From: Octopus bimaculoides
Lineage: Eukaryota
Direction of reading: 5' to 3'
DNA: 64,000 nucleotides
Assembly (NCBI RefSeq): GCF_001194135.2
Contig: NC_068990.1
Span: forward strand, 24,957,959 to 25,021,958
Part shown: positions 12,371 to 24,854 of the stretch, one piece after another
Position numbering within the stretch: the first letter of the stretch is position 1
Layout of the letters: each line of letters begins with the position of its first letter
Made by a program: the position numbers and the translations under genes
Notes under the pieces: generated by a model
The model's input: only the letters and a program-made list of their open reading frames with translations
Database searches by the model: none
Told to the model about the DNA's origin: nothing

Positions 12371-12593
12371 CTAAAGGCGGCTTGTTAGGCCTACCATCCT
12401 GGTTAGTTCTTAGACCTGAGTTACTGTGAATGTGATTGGTCATTTGTTGTAGCTGGCTGCCCTTTCTTATAACTGACCACTCTGTTGTGAAACATAAGTG
12501 AAGCTTTTTTTTTTTTTTGCTGTTTTTGCTTTTGCTGTTGCATGACATGTTGTTTATTAGAAATATCAAAAATAAAATAGGGTTTATACTTAC

Positions 12594-12669
12594 ACAAGAA
12601 ACGTTTCCCAATGATGTGGCATCGGTCAGCAACAAAATGAAGAACAAAACTGGTCTCTGGAACAGGTAT
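12594..12669 (-). CDS. Uncharacterised secreted protein, exon 2 (IPVPETSFVLHFVADRCHIIGKRFL+T)
   Basis: T-rich tag acceptor and gtaagt donor; 76 nt, phase 0 to 1, which exactly bridges exon 1 and exon 3. Confidence 0.72.
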
Positions 12670-12815
12670 CTAGTATGAAATACAATAATACATTGATTTT
12701 ACTATTTAAAAAACACATTCTACTATTATATCCAATATCCAAAATAAACATCATTAAAAGAATATTTAACAACAATTTTTCATTCCTTGATCAATCCTTA
12801 CATAAAATACCAAGT

Positions 12816-13190
12816 GGAGGCGCAATGGCCCAGTGGCTAGGGCAGCAGACTTGCAGTTGTGGGATCATGGTTTCGATTCCCAGACTGGGCGTTGTGAGCG
12901 TTTATTGAGTGAAAACACCCAAAACTCCACGAGGCTCAGGCAGGGGATGGTGGTGAACCCTGCTGTACTCTTTCACCACAACTTTCTCTCATTCTTTCTT
13001 TCTGTTTCTGTTGTACCTGTATTTCAAAGAGCCAGTCTTGTCACACTCTCTGTCACTCTGAATCTCCCCAAGAACTCTATTAAGGGTACACATTTCTGTG
13101 GAGTGCTCAGCCACTTACATGTTAATTTCACGAGCAGGCTGTCCTGTTGGTCGGATCAACTGGAACCTTCGTCATCAGAGTGCCGCATCA
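12816..13190 (+). mobile_element. tRNA-derived SINE
   Basis: GGCGCAATGGCCCAGTGGCTAGGGC A-box and GGTTTCGATTCCC B-box head; tail shared with 3565-3700. Confidence 0.75.
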
Positions 13191-13276
13191 AAATTAACAA
13201 ATTATATAACCCCTACCCCCATGAATACCATTATAATAATAAGAAACAGTAAAAATTTATACATTTATAGGCACAG

Positions 13277-13431
13277 GCATGGCTGTGTGTTAAGAAGCTT
13301 GCTTTCCAACCACATGGTTCTGGGTTCAGTCCCACTGCATGGCACCTTGGGCAAGTGTCTTCTATTATAGTCTCAGGCCAACCAAAGCCTTGTGAGTAGA
13401 TTTGGTAGATGGAAACTGAAAGAAGCCAGTC

Positions 13432-13494
<63 letters not shown>

Positions 13495-13700
13495 TGTGTG
13501 TGTGTGTGCGTATGTGCATATGTGTGCGTATGTGTGTGTGTCTTTGAGTGAGTCTGTATTTGTCCCCCACTATTGCTTGACAACCGATGTTGGTGTGTTT
13601 ATGTCCTTGTCATCTAGAGGTTCAGCAAAAGAGACTGATAGAATAACTGTCAGGCTAAAAGAAAAAGTACTGGAGTCAATTTGTTTGACTAAAAATATTT
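13277..13700 (+). mobile_element. tRNA-derived SINE with internal (TG)n (third family)
   Basis: ggctgtgtg.taagaagcttgcttcc..gggttcagtccca head. Related pieces at about 5555-5730(+), 11235-11640(+), 18640-18760(-), 20490-20660(-), 21610-21740(+), 27920-28030(+), 28906-29058(-), 45640-45980(-), 50200-50400(+). Confidence 0.75.
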
Positions 13701-14120
13701 TATGAATGAAACTGTGTGGAATTCTGTCACATGCCAGCATAGGTTGGATGATTTGACAGGATCTGATGAATCAGAGGATCAAGACACACTCCAGTGTCTA
13801 GTCTGGTATGCCCGTTCTACAGCCAGATGCCCTTTCTACAGCCAGATGCCCTTTGTTATACCAACCAATTTATAGAGTGTTCTGGATACTTTTTCCATGG
13901 CACCAGTACTAATTGATGATCGCCTAATACCTTGCAAAGGCTCAGGGCCTGATGTGGCCCCTACAACTGAAGGAGAACAGAAGAGAGGATAGGAGATGGC
14001 TCTACACGGGGAAGAAACGAGGAGGGCTAAGGAAGATGAGCAGAGTAGATTTATAGCTCTAGCACTTGCTGGTTGAACTTTTATTAATTTTAGAATGTAT
14101 AAAAGTAAGGGAATACTTAC

Positions 14121-14351
14121 ATCGCCTTCGCTTCCTTTGAAGAACGACACCAAATGTTCAATGTGGGTTCTCAGGAAACCAATCTGTGTATCCAAAAGTG
14201 GTACTGTGACTTTTTTCAGCAACTCAATTGTTTTGCCACTGAGGCCAGCAATGATTCCAGCCAGGTCTGGTAGACCATGGGTGTTTTCTACCACCAAGCA
14301 ACTAGTCAGGAGGAAAATCACTGCAAAAACAGAAAAATAATATAACACCAT
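14121..14351 (-). CDS. Uncharacterised secreted protein, exon 1 of 3 (signal peptide MVLYYFSVFAVIFLLTSCLVVENTHG, then LPDLAGIIAGLSGKTIELLKKVTVPLLDTQIGFLRTHIEHLVSFFKGSEGD)
   Basis: AAAAATG start, hydrophobic core with THG|L cleavage-like site, 77 codons, perfect gtaagt donor in phase 0, TATAAAA about 80 nt upstream. Confidence 0.8.
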
Positions 14352-14431
14352 TTTTGTGTTTCTTTCACTTGGTTGCCCTCTCTCTCTTTGTCTGTCTCTC
14401 TCTCTCTTGTATATATGTGTTGCTGTATGTG

Positions 14432-14438
14432 TTTTATA
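14432..14438 (-). promoter_or_regulatory. Candidate TATA box (TATAAAA) of the secreted-protein gene
   Basis: About 80 nt upstream of the ATG at 14351, but it sits at the edge of a (TA)n run. Confidence 0.4.
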
Positions 14439-15419
14439 TATATATAGTTCAAATGTACAGAAAACAAAGACAGGTGAGGGAATAGCAGGCAGGTGTATTA
14501 GTTTGACACTCAGGAAAAATGGAAAAGTCTTTGATGTTTCGAGCCAATGCTCTTCTACAGAAAGGGACGAGAGGGAAAAAAATAGAGAAAGCAGGGAGAA
14601 AACAGAGAGAAAAATGTGTTGGGTAATACACACACACACACACACACACACACATCAAATAATGAATGACAAAAGAACAGGTGTTACATATTCACCTGCA
14701 TTAGCTTACAGCTGTTTCTGCTATAAAAAGCAGTGCACTCTGAGCTGATTGCTTGTACAACATCTCATAGCTTCCTCAAAACCATTTAAGATAAAAACAA
14801 TGGTAGTATCACTATGCCTAAGCAAAATCATGATAAATCAGCAGCATTATCATCATCATCACTTTAAGTATCCTTTTCCATGCTTTTCAATGACAATGTT
14901 ATTATATTTATTTATTCATAATTTTTAAAATTAATTGAAACAAAGTCGGTGTATTTCATCAGAAATATGGTAACAAAAGGGTTGATGTGAACTAAATCAA
15001 AACCTTTGATCAAAATTTCATGTTAATTTAAGTTTCAAACACCAGCTTAATAGTAATTTTTAAAATAATTGGAACAAAGACAGTGTATTTAGAAATTTAA
15101 ATGTAATAAAATGTTTTAAAAGAAATTCAAAGTACCTACGTGATAACTGTAAACCTACTTTTGGGTCACCCCGTAAACACCTTCTGGTGGCTATAATTAT
15201 CCTACATGACATCAGTGAGTTTCCCCACATGTTACCAGCATGTTATCCTGAAGTATTATCTATTATCTCATCATGTTGGTAGCCATACAACTGTGATGCC
15301 AAGAAGTTTATCTAGCCATGTAAACATTTCTCAACTAGTTTTTTTTTTAATCTCAACCTCCCCACCCCCTTAGATTCCTTCCACCCCAACAAAAAAACGT
15401 GCAACCTACTATGACTGGA

Positions 15420-15850
15420 CAAAGTTACTGACTGTGCCTCGGGAAGAGTAAAATATATAGAGGAAGGCCATGAGAGGAAGCTTACTAAAATACCATCAGC
15501 TCATCAGCTAGTAGAGCAGTGCCAAAGCAGGGTTGAAAGGCATATTGCAAGCTATCTGAAGTAGGCTGCTGGGGTTTCGTGGGGCATTCATTTTGCAAAG
15601 CTCTGATGGAGTTTGGAGTTCCTGGTACAGCTAAGAGAGGGGTCATGAATCTGCAGAGATGACCGTTAAGTGACTTTGGATAAAGAGGGCAGAGAATTGC
15701 TTTGCTGCTACTGGGATGAAAGCTGTGACTTGATCAACTGAGTGAGGTGAGGGTCTGATGTTGAGAGAACTGAAACTCCCAGGGCCCCAGAGACATCACT
15801 GATAATCCCAGAGCAGCCATAAGATGTGTCTTCGAACTAAGAACTAACGA
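15420..15850 (+). mobile_element. HERO-like non-LTR retrotransposon 3' fragment (restriction-like endonuclease and 3' UTR)
   Basis: Decayed LTVPREE..RK..KY.QLVEQCQS..EVGC.GF..LWIKRAE, followed by a gggtctgatgttga..gaaact..gacatcactgat 3' UTR. Confidence 0.65.
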
Positions 15851-16910
15851 AACTTCATTATAAGTTTTATTCATTTGTTACTTATTTATGCCCTACCCTG
15901 AAGTAACCCAGGCCCCACCGGGGAGAAGTGTGCACCCCACCACCTTGCAAAACCTTCATCTAAGCCTTTGCCTTCTGTATTCACTCTCCCAACAATTGAA
16001 GTCAAATAAAGAGGGGTCTGTTTGAGGTCTTGTTGATTTAAAGAGAAATGAGGCAAAGTCACAAATTACTGATGAATTGAGGGAGCCTCTACATGGTTAC
16101 TTGACCTTATAGAAATAGCAGCAAGATGACTTTGAAATCACATCCCATTGTCTTAAAAAAGAAGTAGACATATAGTAAAAATGTAATCCAAGATATGTCT
16201 GAATAAATACAGGAATGGTCTTGGCTGAAATGTCTCTCAACCAATGTCTGCTTGATCAGGGCTAAATGGAAAGTGGAGGACAAACACCCATAATTCCTTT
16301 TAGGGTCCTTTTTGTGACAGGTGGACACTTTCCCTCAGTCCCTCAGGTAAGACAGTATGGTTTAGAGTACTTGCAAAATAATTGGAGTCTACCCAAGATA
16401 CTGAAGGGCCAGGCTGGGAGTTAAACAACAACATGGCAACAACAACAACAACAACAAAAAAAAAACTACTTACAGAATAACTTCATTCTGCTAGTTCAGA
16501 TGTCCTGGGTCAGAATATCTTCGCAAGAGAAAACCCACAGCTATTTATCTTTTTGGTTGCCAACCCCAAAACATCAGCGAATTTTCTCAAATGCTCTGAT
16601 GACACATCTCTTGATACTACAAGGTAGGCATTTTTTGTTATTTTTTCTTTTTTATTTTCTTTTATATTTTATTCATTTTTTTACTTTGTCGGTTTGTTTA
16701 TTTCATTCTTTGTTTTTCCTCCTTCCAGTTTCTTTTTTTTTTTTTATCTTTGATGTGAAATTCTACAACTGTTATGACTTCAAATGACCCAAATACAATT
16801 TTATCTTGTTATTCCAGTTCTGTTTTTAATCATCATAACAAATATTCATTAATTAGATATTCATAAAATCTTAAAAAATAATTAAAGAGATAACAAGACA
16901 ACAGTAATAT

Positions 16911-16911
16911 T

Positions 16912-16966
<55 letters not shown>
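16911..16966. repeat. (TAG)n microsatellite
   Basis: About 18 perfect units. Confidence 0.97.
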
Positions 16967-16972
<6 letters not shown>

Positions 16973-17330
16973 TGCAGTGGTGGTGTTTGTTGTCACCATC
17001 ATTGTTTTTTTCTCCAAGTCAGCCCCCAATCCAGGAAACCTTAAAATTAAAGGCATTCCAAATGAAGGCAATCATGTCCTTGTTTTTAAGACAATCATCA
17101 CCACTGACATCATCATCATCAATGCTTTAACATCCAGATTTCCATGCTTGCATGGCTGAGACAGGGTTTTATTGAAACAGACCCTCCATGGTTTCCTAAT
17201 CGCCAATCCTTACCTGTTTGGAAAGCAAGGTAATACTTCCCTGCCGTTTGGATATGCTTTCATCGAAGATTGGAAACAAATGACACTGCTTGTATGATAG
17301 TGACACATGAAGGCAAAGCCACACACACAA

Positions 17331-17363
<33 letters not shown>

Positions 17364-19147
17364 CAAACACACACACAGCAGGCACATGCATGCATGTGCA
17401 CACACACACAAGACAGCACACACATGCATGCACACACACACACGCATGCACACACACGCACACACATGCACACACACACACACATGTACTTCAATATTTT
17501 GCTAAAGTATCGTCTGTCTTTATGTTCTGAGTTCAAATTCTGCCGAGATTGACTTTGCCTTTCATCCTTTCGGGGTCGATAAATTAAGTACCAGTTGCAC
17601 ACTGGGGTTGATCTAATCGACTGGCTCCCTCCCCCAAAATTTCAGGCCTTGTGCCTAGAGTAAAATAAGTAAATAAATAAATGCGCCCTTTTAAAGCTTA
17701 GCCAGGCTCATGGGCCCAGTTTCTCGGTTTCCATGACGTATGTGTTCCCCAGCTGGACGTGACGCCAGTCCATCGCAGCGTTATTCATTTTTGCCAGCTG
17801 AGTGGAACTGGAGCAACGTGAAATGAAGTGTTTTGCTCAAGAACACAACGCATTGCCTGGTCCAGGAATCGAAACCACAATCTTACGATCATGATGCTGA
17901 CACTCTAACCACTAAGCCATGTGCCTCCACTGTGTGCCTAGAGTAGAAAAGAATATTTTGCTAAAGCATTGAGCTGGCAGAATCATTAGCATGCTGAAAA
18001 AAATGCTTAGTAATATTTTTTCTGTCTTTACATTGTCCGTCTTTACATCCCGAGTTCAACTTTGCCTTTCATCCTTTCGAAGTTGATAAAATAAGTACCA
18101 GTCATGTACTGGGGTCAATGTACACCTTCCCCTGAAATTGCTGGCCTTGTGTCAAAATTTGAAACCAATATTTTGCTAAGACATAGCAATACTAATGACC
18201 TAGTGTTAGAATTCAGTATAAATCTGTTTCAGAATATAGCACTAGTCAAGTACTGAGTGTAATATGAGATTAAATAAATGAGAATGGAACAGGAAATTAT
18301 TTAAGGAACTTCATTGGCTTACAGCTGTTTCTGCTATCAGATGTGGTGCACTCAGAGGTGAGTGCTTGTGTATCCTCAGAACTAATAAAGTTCATTGCAT
18401 AATTTCCTGTTATCTTGTCATATTAGTGACCTGTAAATCATGGGTTGGGTGGGTGCTGATGAAGAAGCAAAAACTCTTGAAATATGGCATATACACCCAT
18501 TTACCCATGTTTCATCTGTGATCTCATTGTTGTTTACATGAAACGTCTTGACTATGAAACATCGTAGCAAAATCAGGGCTGGCTATAATTCCTATAGAGA
18601 ATCTGTAGAGATAACAAGTTAGTTATATGTATGTGATGGGATTCTTTCAGTTTCCACCTACCAAATCCATTCACAAGACTTCAGTTGGTCCAAGGCTATA
18701 GTAGAGAATACTTACCCATACTGTGAGACTGAACCCAGAATCATGCTTGAGAAGACCTGTTGAGTCAAGTAAAACTAATATCATAGCTGTGGCCAGTGCC
18801 CCCTGACTGGCTTCTCATGCCAGTGGCACATAAAAAGCTTCAATGAATCATGGCCGATGCCAGTAACCCTTGACTGGCTCTTGTGCCAGTGGCACATAAA
18901 AAGCACCATCCAAATGTGATTGATGCCAGACCTGCCAGACTAGTTCCTGCCAGTGGCACGTAAAAAGTACTCACTACACTCTCGGAGTAGCTGGCGTTAG
19001 GAAAGGCATCCAGCTGTAGAAATATTGCCAGATCAGATTGGAGCCTGGTGTAGCCTTCTGGCTTCCCAGATCCCCAGTCGAACCGTCCAACCTATGCCAG
19101 CATGGAAAACGGATGTTAAACAATGATGATGATGATATATATATATT

Positions 19148-19202
<55 letters not shown>

Positions 19203-22200
19203 GAATGTTGATGATTGCTTCATCGTGAGGGATAATACATATATATATCAGAGAGTTTGGAGTTTTGGAAAAACTATTACTTCCTTATGGGGATGGAAAA
19301 GGGCATGGAATTAAGGAACAAAACTGTAAAAACAAAATTCATTTAGAATTGTACTTTCTGTTATATGAAATACTAAAATATGAAGGGATCCCCTCATCCC
19401 TAATTCTATGCTCTTTTCATTCCTCATAAAGTTGTGATAACTAATCTCCAAGATCCACTAATCAGAGTGATTAACAACGTTTGTTAGGAACTTGCCGGCT
19501 GTCAAAGATTAGTGAGTGATAAGGTCAATGCTCTTATCAATCTGAAGGTCAACATTTGGAGAAAAGGAAAAAAAAAAACATGGGTGGAAACAGAAGCAGT
19601 GATAGTTTCATTAGTATGAATGTGGCTAAATATACCCAAGAACCAGGTATGTTGTTATTGTTATGTAACCCCAGGTCAGCTCTGATCAAGCACATGTATG
19701 GCAGGCAGGCAGGCAGCAAGATGAATGATGAGGTACCACCCACAAATTCGTTGTTCCAGATATATCATGGCTCCTCCTTGCTAAAAACCAATATTGCACA
19801 TTTCATCATCATCTTCATCATTTAACGTCCATGTTCGATGTTGGCAAGGGTTGTACAGTTTGACAGGATCCAATGTTTGCTTTGTGCTCCAGTGTTTGTG
19901 TTGACATGGTTTCTATGACTGGATGCCCTTCCTAATGGCAACCACTTGATGCCATGTACTGAGTGTGGTTTTCATATAACCAGCACTCTGATGAATACTC
20001 CATCCTATGTTGTAACTTGCTGACTATGCTCCCTGAAGGAGGTGGCTTTATGCTAGGAGATGAGGGATAAACTTTGAGAGAAGGGCCAGAGCAAATTTCT
20101 TCTGTAGAGGAGATACATGGCTACTCACTTTTAGGGCAGAACCAGAAAGACATAAAAATAATGGTGATGAGTGTGTGGGTGTCCCCTCAAGTGGGAGGCA
20201 ACAGAACAGGGAGTGCGGGTAGGTTGAGGTCCTCACCTTTGAGACCCAGTGATTAGAATGAATGCAATTTCAACATGCAGGGATAAATCTTGGATGCAGT
20301 CTCTGCATATATGGCCATGTATTTTCTCTATTGAGAATGTAACATTTCCAGAGAGCCACACTGCACCCCTCTGTATTTCTGTATGCCTGTTGTTTTTGTT
20401 ATTATCATTTAGGCTTTGGAAAGCCTCATTGACCAGATCTATGATTTAAATGCATCTAGGACTGCATTATCCATCATCATCATCATCTTTAATCCCTCTT
20501 CCAGGGCTTCATTCAGTTTCTGTTGACCAAATCCTCTCACAAGGCTTTGGTCAGCTTGTGTTATAGTAGAAGCCACTTGCCCAAGGTGTTATGCAACAGG
20601 ACTGAACTTGAAACCACGAGGTAAGAAAACAAAGTCTCCAACCACAGTCATGCCTGTACCTATTGTTTATTACTTGGCAGATTGGTGTAACTGTTCGAGC
20701 GTTCGGTGAAAAGCCCACTGGTTTTTGGTAAGGCACTTCGTTCTGAATGGAGGTTAAACTCTACTGTTCATCCTTGTAGAGTTGATAAAATAAAAATACC
20801 AGTCAAGCACTGGAACCCACTGAATCAATAATATTTTTCCTTCTGTTTCAGGCCTTCTGCCTTACATTAGAAACAAGTGCGTTATTTAGATTGGCAGAAT
20901 TAACAGAACGTTAGATAAAATGTCTTGTATTTCATTTGGCTCTTTACATTCTGAGTTCAAATTTTGTTGATGTCATCTTTCTAAGGTCAATGAAATAAAA
21001 TCAGTCAAGTATTGGGATCGATTGAATTGGCTAACTCCTCCCCTCAATTTTCTAGCCTTGTGCCCATGTAAGAAATTATTTAAGGTACTGGATTAGCAAC
21101 AATAATTGTTTGAGATTGAAATGGATTTTGTGATGAGAAATGGGATGAGAAGGTAGTCATGTGTTGAGGAAAGAATGAAAGTAGCTGAATGAGAGAAAGA
21201 AGGGAAATGAATATGTAAGGAAGTTGGGGAAGATGAAGAAAGAGACAAAGATGAAAGAGGAAATTAGGGCAAGAGCATTGGTGAAGGAGAGATGTAAAGG
21301 ATGGGAGTAAAAACAATGAAGATTGATATGAGGCTCACAAAGCTAACCCTTATTTAACAAAGAAAACAGCCTTAAAAAGCTGTTGTTGCATTATATAAAT
21401 CAGTTGAGTGAACATAGAAATCGATGTCTGCTCCAAAATTATGAAGTATATGTGCAGTGGATTTGAACTCACAATCTTCTGTGCTGATGATTCACTATCC
21501 TATCTTCTCAACAATTTTGCCCCTACTTCGACTGTCCAATGCATCAACAAAAATGGTGCTGCCATTTTTCTGTTGATAAAGATATTATTTTGCATTATAG
21601 GTATTGTTGTGTAGGTAAGAAGCTTGCTTCCCAACTATGTGATCTTGGGTTCAGTCCAACTGCATGGCACCTTGGGTAAAAGTCTTCACCTATAGTCCTG
21701 GACTGACCAAAGCCTTGTGAATAGATTTGGTAGATGGAAACGGAAAGAAGAGTAGTGCAGTTTGACACAGTCATCTCACTTGCCAGCTCCGTCAAATTGT
21801 CCAACCCATGTCACCATGGAAGATGGATGTTAAGTAATGATGATGATGGTGTGTGTGTGTGTGTCTGCACATGTATATCTAGACATCATGTGATGGTTAT
21901 AAATGAGAATCAGTCATACAAGGAGATTGTTCATTTCCAGTTTTTTGTGAAAATCGTGTGGCCATGGGAAATATCACCTTGCTTGGAAACAGGTGAGAGT
22001 TTGGCAACAAGAAGGGCATATCCAAGTGAAGAGAAATCTGCCTCAACAAATTCTGTCTGACCTATGCAAGCACAAAAATGGACATAAAATGAAGATGATG
22101 ATTAAAAACCAAGCAGCTCTGTTACCTATTTATATCCATGTCACTTGTGGGTGTTTCGTTTACCTTGCTGCTGGGACATGGCAAGTTAGTGCTTGAGAAG

Positions 22201-22329
22201 GAGTGGGTTAAAACAAGAATTCCATTATTAGAATGAAATTATAGCTGATAGCAGTCGACAAATTTACTTTGTCAGACAGCATGAATGCATATGAGTTGAT
22301 CCTTTGTTATGAATGATGACCAAGGCCAT

Positions 22330-22630
22330 CACATGGGAGAAGATGAGTCACAGCGTGTTTGGCTGTGACCGATCAGTCTCATACAGGCTCAGAAGGATCT
22401 GCTGCAGCTCAGGCACTGGTGGTTTGTTGGGATTGAAAGCAACAAGTTGGCTCTGGACTTGTGCTGTTCACGGTTTCTTTGTGCCCCTTGCAATCCTGTT
22501 CAGTTCGTAGGAGGTGGCACCTTTATTGGTGCAGATTTGCCAGGTAGGAATGGTCTTGTGCTTGTGTTGGGGTTGATCTCAAAGCTCTTCAGTGAGGCTT
22601 TCAGTGAATCCTTGAAGCACTTTTACTTTC
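22330..22630 (-). mobile_element. RTE (Bov-B-like) LINE 3' fragment
   Basis: KCFKDSLKASLKSFEINPNT, TWQICTNKGATSYELNRIA, and a frameshifted CSRSF..IGHSQT knuckle. Confidence 0.8.
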
Positions 22631-23224
22631 TACACAAATAAATAACAAAACAAACAAATGTACCTTTTTTTTTGTTTTTCAGTTCATTCACCCATTTATT
22701 GAGACAAATACATTACAATAAGTTTTTAAATAAAATACTGGTGACTAGGGAATATATAAATATTACCCACATTAATCATCACAATGTATTTATCAGTATC
22801 AATTTTATATGAGAATATGGTTCTCCAAATAGGAGAGTGTTACAAAAACATGAACTCTAGGGTAAACTTATAGGGATTATCACCTGGCACAGGGGATAAG
22901 AAGAGGCTGGTATCTTCCAGGGGTTACTCTCTCATGTTGATTTCAAATAAAGAGAAAAACTGGAAAACATTATCGGATAATTCAAATTTTGGAGTAACTT
23001 GGGGTTACAGGCAGCAGAATAAATTAGATGTCTGGGAATGTTTAATAAACAAATTATGTGTGTCTGCACATACAGGATGTTCACAAAATCTTTGCAGAGT
23101 GAATATCTATACTTATATAGAAGTGAGACTACATAAATATTTTATGAACACTTTGAATGTGTGTGATTGTGTGTACGAAATCTATTTATATGTTCTATAC
23201 TGCAAGTAAAATATATGCGTGTGT

Positions 23225-23269
<45 letters not shown>

Positions 23270-24817
23270 GTTTTATACACAACACAGCATATATCTCAAT
23301 TAATGAATGACAAAAGAATAGGAGTTATGTAATTACTTTCAATAGCTTACAACTGTTTCTGTTATAAGAAGCATTGCACTAAGAGTTGAGTGCTCATGTG
23401 ACATCTTATAGCTTCCTCAGAGCCTAAAACATAACACAGCATATAATACATGTGTACATATCTAGGTTTCACTTGCTTCTTAATTTCATGCCCATTTTTG
23501 TTTCAATATTGTAGAAGAAATGTTACAATAAAATTCCAATGATTTCTGCTCTGAAATCCAAAAACAGAGTATTCAACAAGGTGTGGTGATTCCATAGGAG
23601 CAGCAGAAGAACAAAAAAGAAAACAAGAAATCCTAGTTGAATATTACATACCAATCCATACAAGTCATTCAAATGCGTTGATAAATATCTATGCAGGCCA
23701 ATGAAAACACTTGAAGGAAAAGTGGTGCATACAACAATATTAGATAGTTTTGCATTTTCAGATAACTGTTTTAGCTACTTCTATTGACACAGTGTGGATA
23801 GTTCATAACAATATTGAAAATTCCAGACAAAATCTCTTCACTGGTAAATATTGTTATTAGCAGATAATGTGTAGAAGCATATTTTTTTTATTTTAAATTT
23901 TATTTTTGTGTGTAAAATTGTTGCATTGAATAAAATATTACAGAAAAAAAAAAGCCATTGAGCTGATATTTTCAAGATAAATATGACTTTCTGAAGAGAA
24001 TTTCTCAATTCAAGCTTTATAAATCTTGGCACCGTAACAAAAGTTATCGCAGACAGATTAAGTTGAAAGTCCTGTTTATGCCCAAAATTAATGGGGAACA
24101 AATATATTTAGAAGGTATTAACAGCCATATTTTAAAATTATGAGTGTGTGTATAAATAAATATATATATACATACATACACACACATATATATATAAAGT
24201 ATGCATATGTGTGTGTATATATATTTATTCTTTTATATGTTTCAGTCCTAAGGCTGTAGAAAGCTGCTTATGGAATGTTTTAAGGGCACAAATAAAAAAA
24301 TAACTAAAAAGATATTAAATAATAAGAGGCCGTTGTAACTAATTTACATATTTTTACATATCAACAATACCACCAATAATAATACTAATTATTCCTACTA
24401 TAGGCACAAAGTCTGTACCAATAATAAAAATATAAAGTCCAAAAATAGTATGAAGAACACAAAAAAATTAGATAGGGTTTTAACGGACAGAGTTGGGAAG
24501 GAAACGTCAAAAATGATATAAAAACCAGAATCTTCGATGTTTATACATTGAATAAAACAAAAACAAAAAAAAACTCAAGATATTGAAAGTTCTAAAAATA
24601 ATTTCCAAAGGCTTAGATATTTGCAGCAGTATATAAGCCATATGTTAAATATGAAAGAATATCTCACTTCAGACTTAGTAGATTGAAAATACGATCATCT
24701 GGTATTGAAATAAATATAAACCAGATTAGATTGAATAGAGACCTTTGACTATGTCACAGAAAGCATACATATCCTACAGTATAGTATATAAATGTGTGTA
24801 TATACATACATACATGA

Positions 24818-24854
<37 letters not shown>

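Noticed and set aside
12816-12890. tRNA-like A/B-box heads at SINE 5' ends counted as tRNA genes
   Set aside because: They lack a complete cloverleaf and continue into shared SINE bodies.
13365-13705. His/Thr- and Cys/Val-rich ORFs (also at about 425-691, 17196-17602, 52387-52910, 53384-53647)
   Set aside because: Translations of (CA)n, (TG)n, (TA)n and (AAT)n microsatellites.
13836-14651. 271-aa ORF as a single-exon gene
   Set aside because: The N-terminus is (GT)n/(GA)n-derived sequence upstream of the real ATG (14351), and the C-terminus is read-through past a perfect gtaagt donor at 14120 into intronic repeat sequence.
15770-15820. Hammerhead-like CTGATG..GAAAC in the HERO 3' UTR (and CTGAGGA-TA-GAAA at about 27545-27560 minus)
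   Set aside because: The first lacks the required CUGANGA core (CTGATGT); the second has no stem II.
16871-17071. Poly-Thr ORF as an alternative YIPF1 last exon
   Set aside because: The nearby acceptor read in the required phase 0 stops after six codons (VSWIGG*); the Thr run is just a (TAG)n microsatellite.
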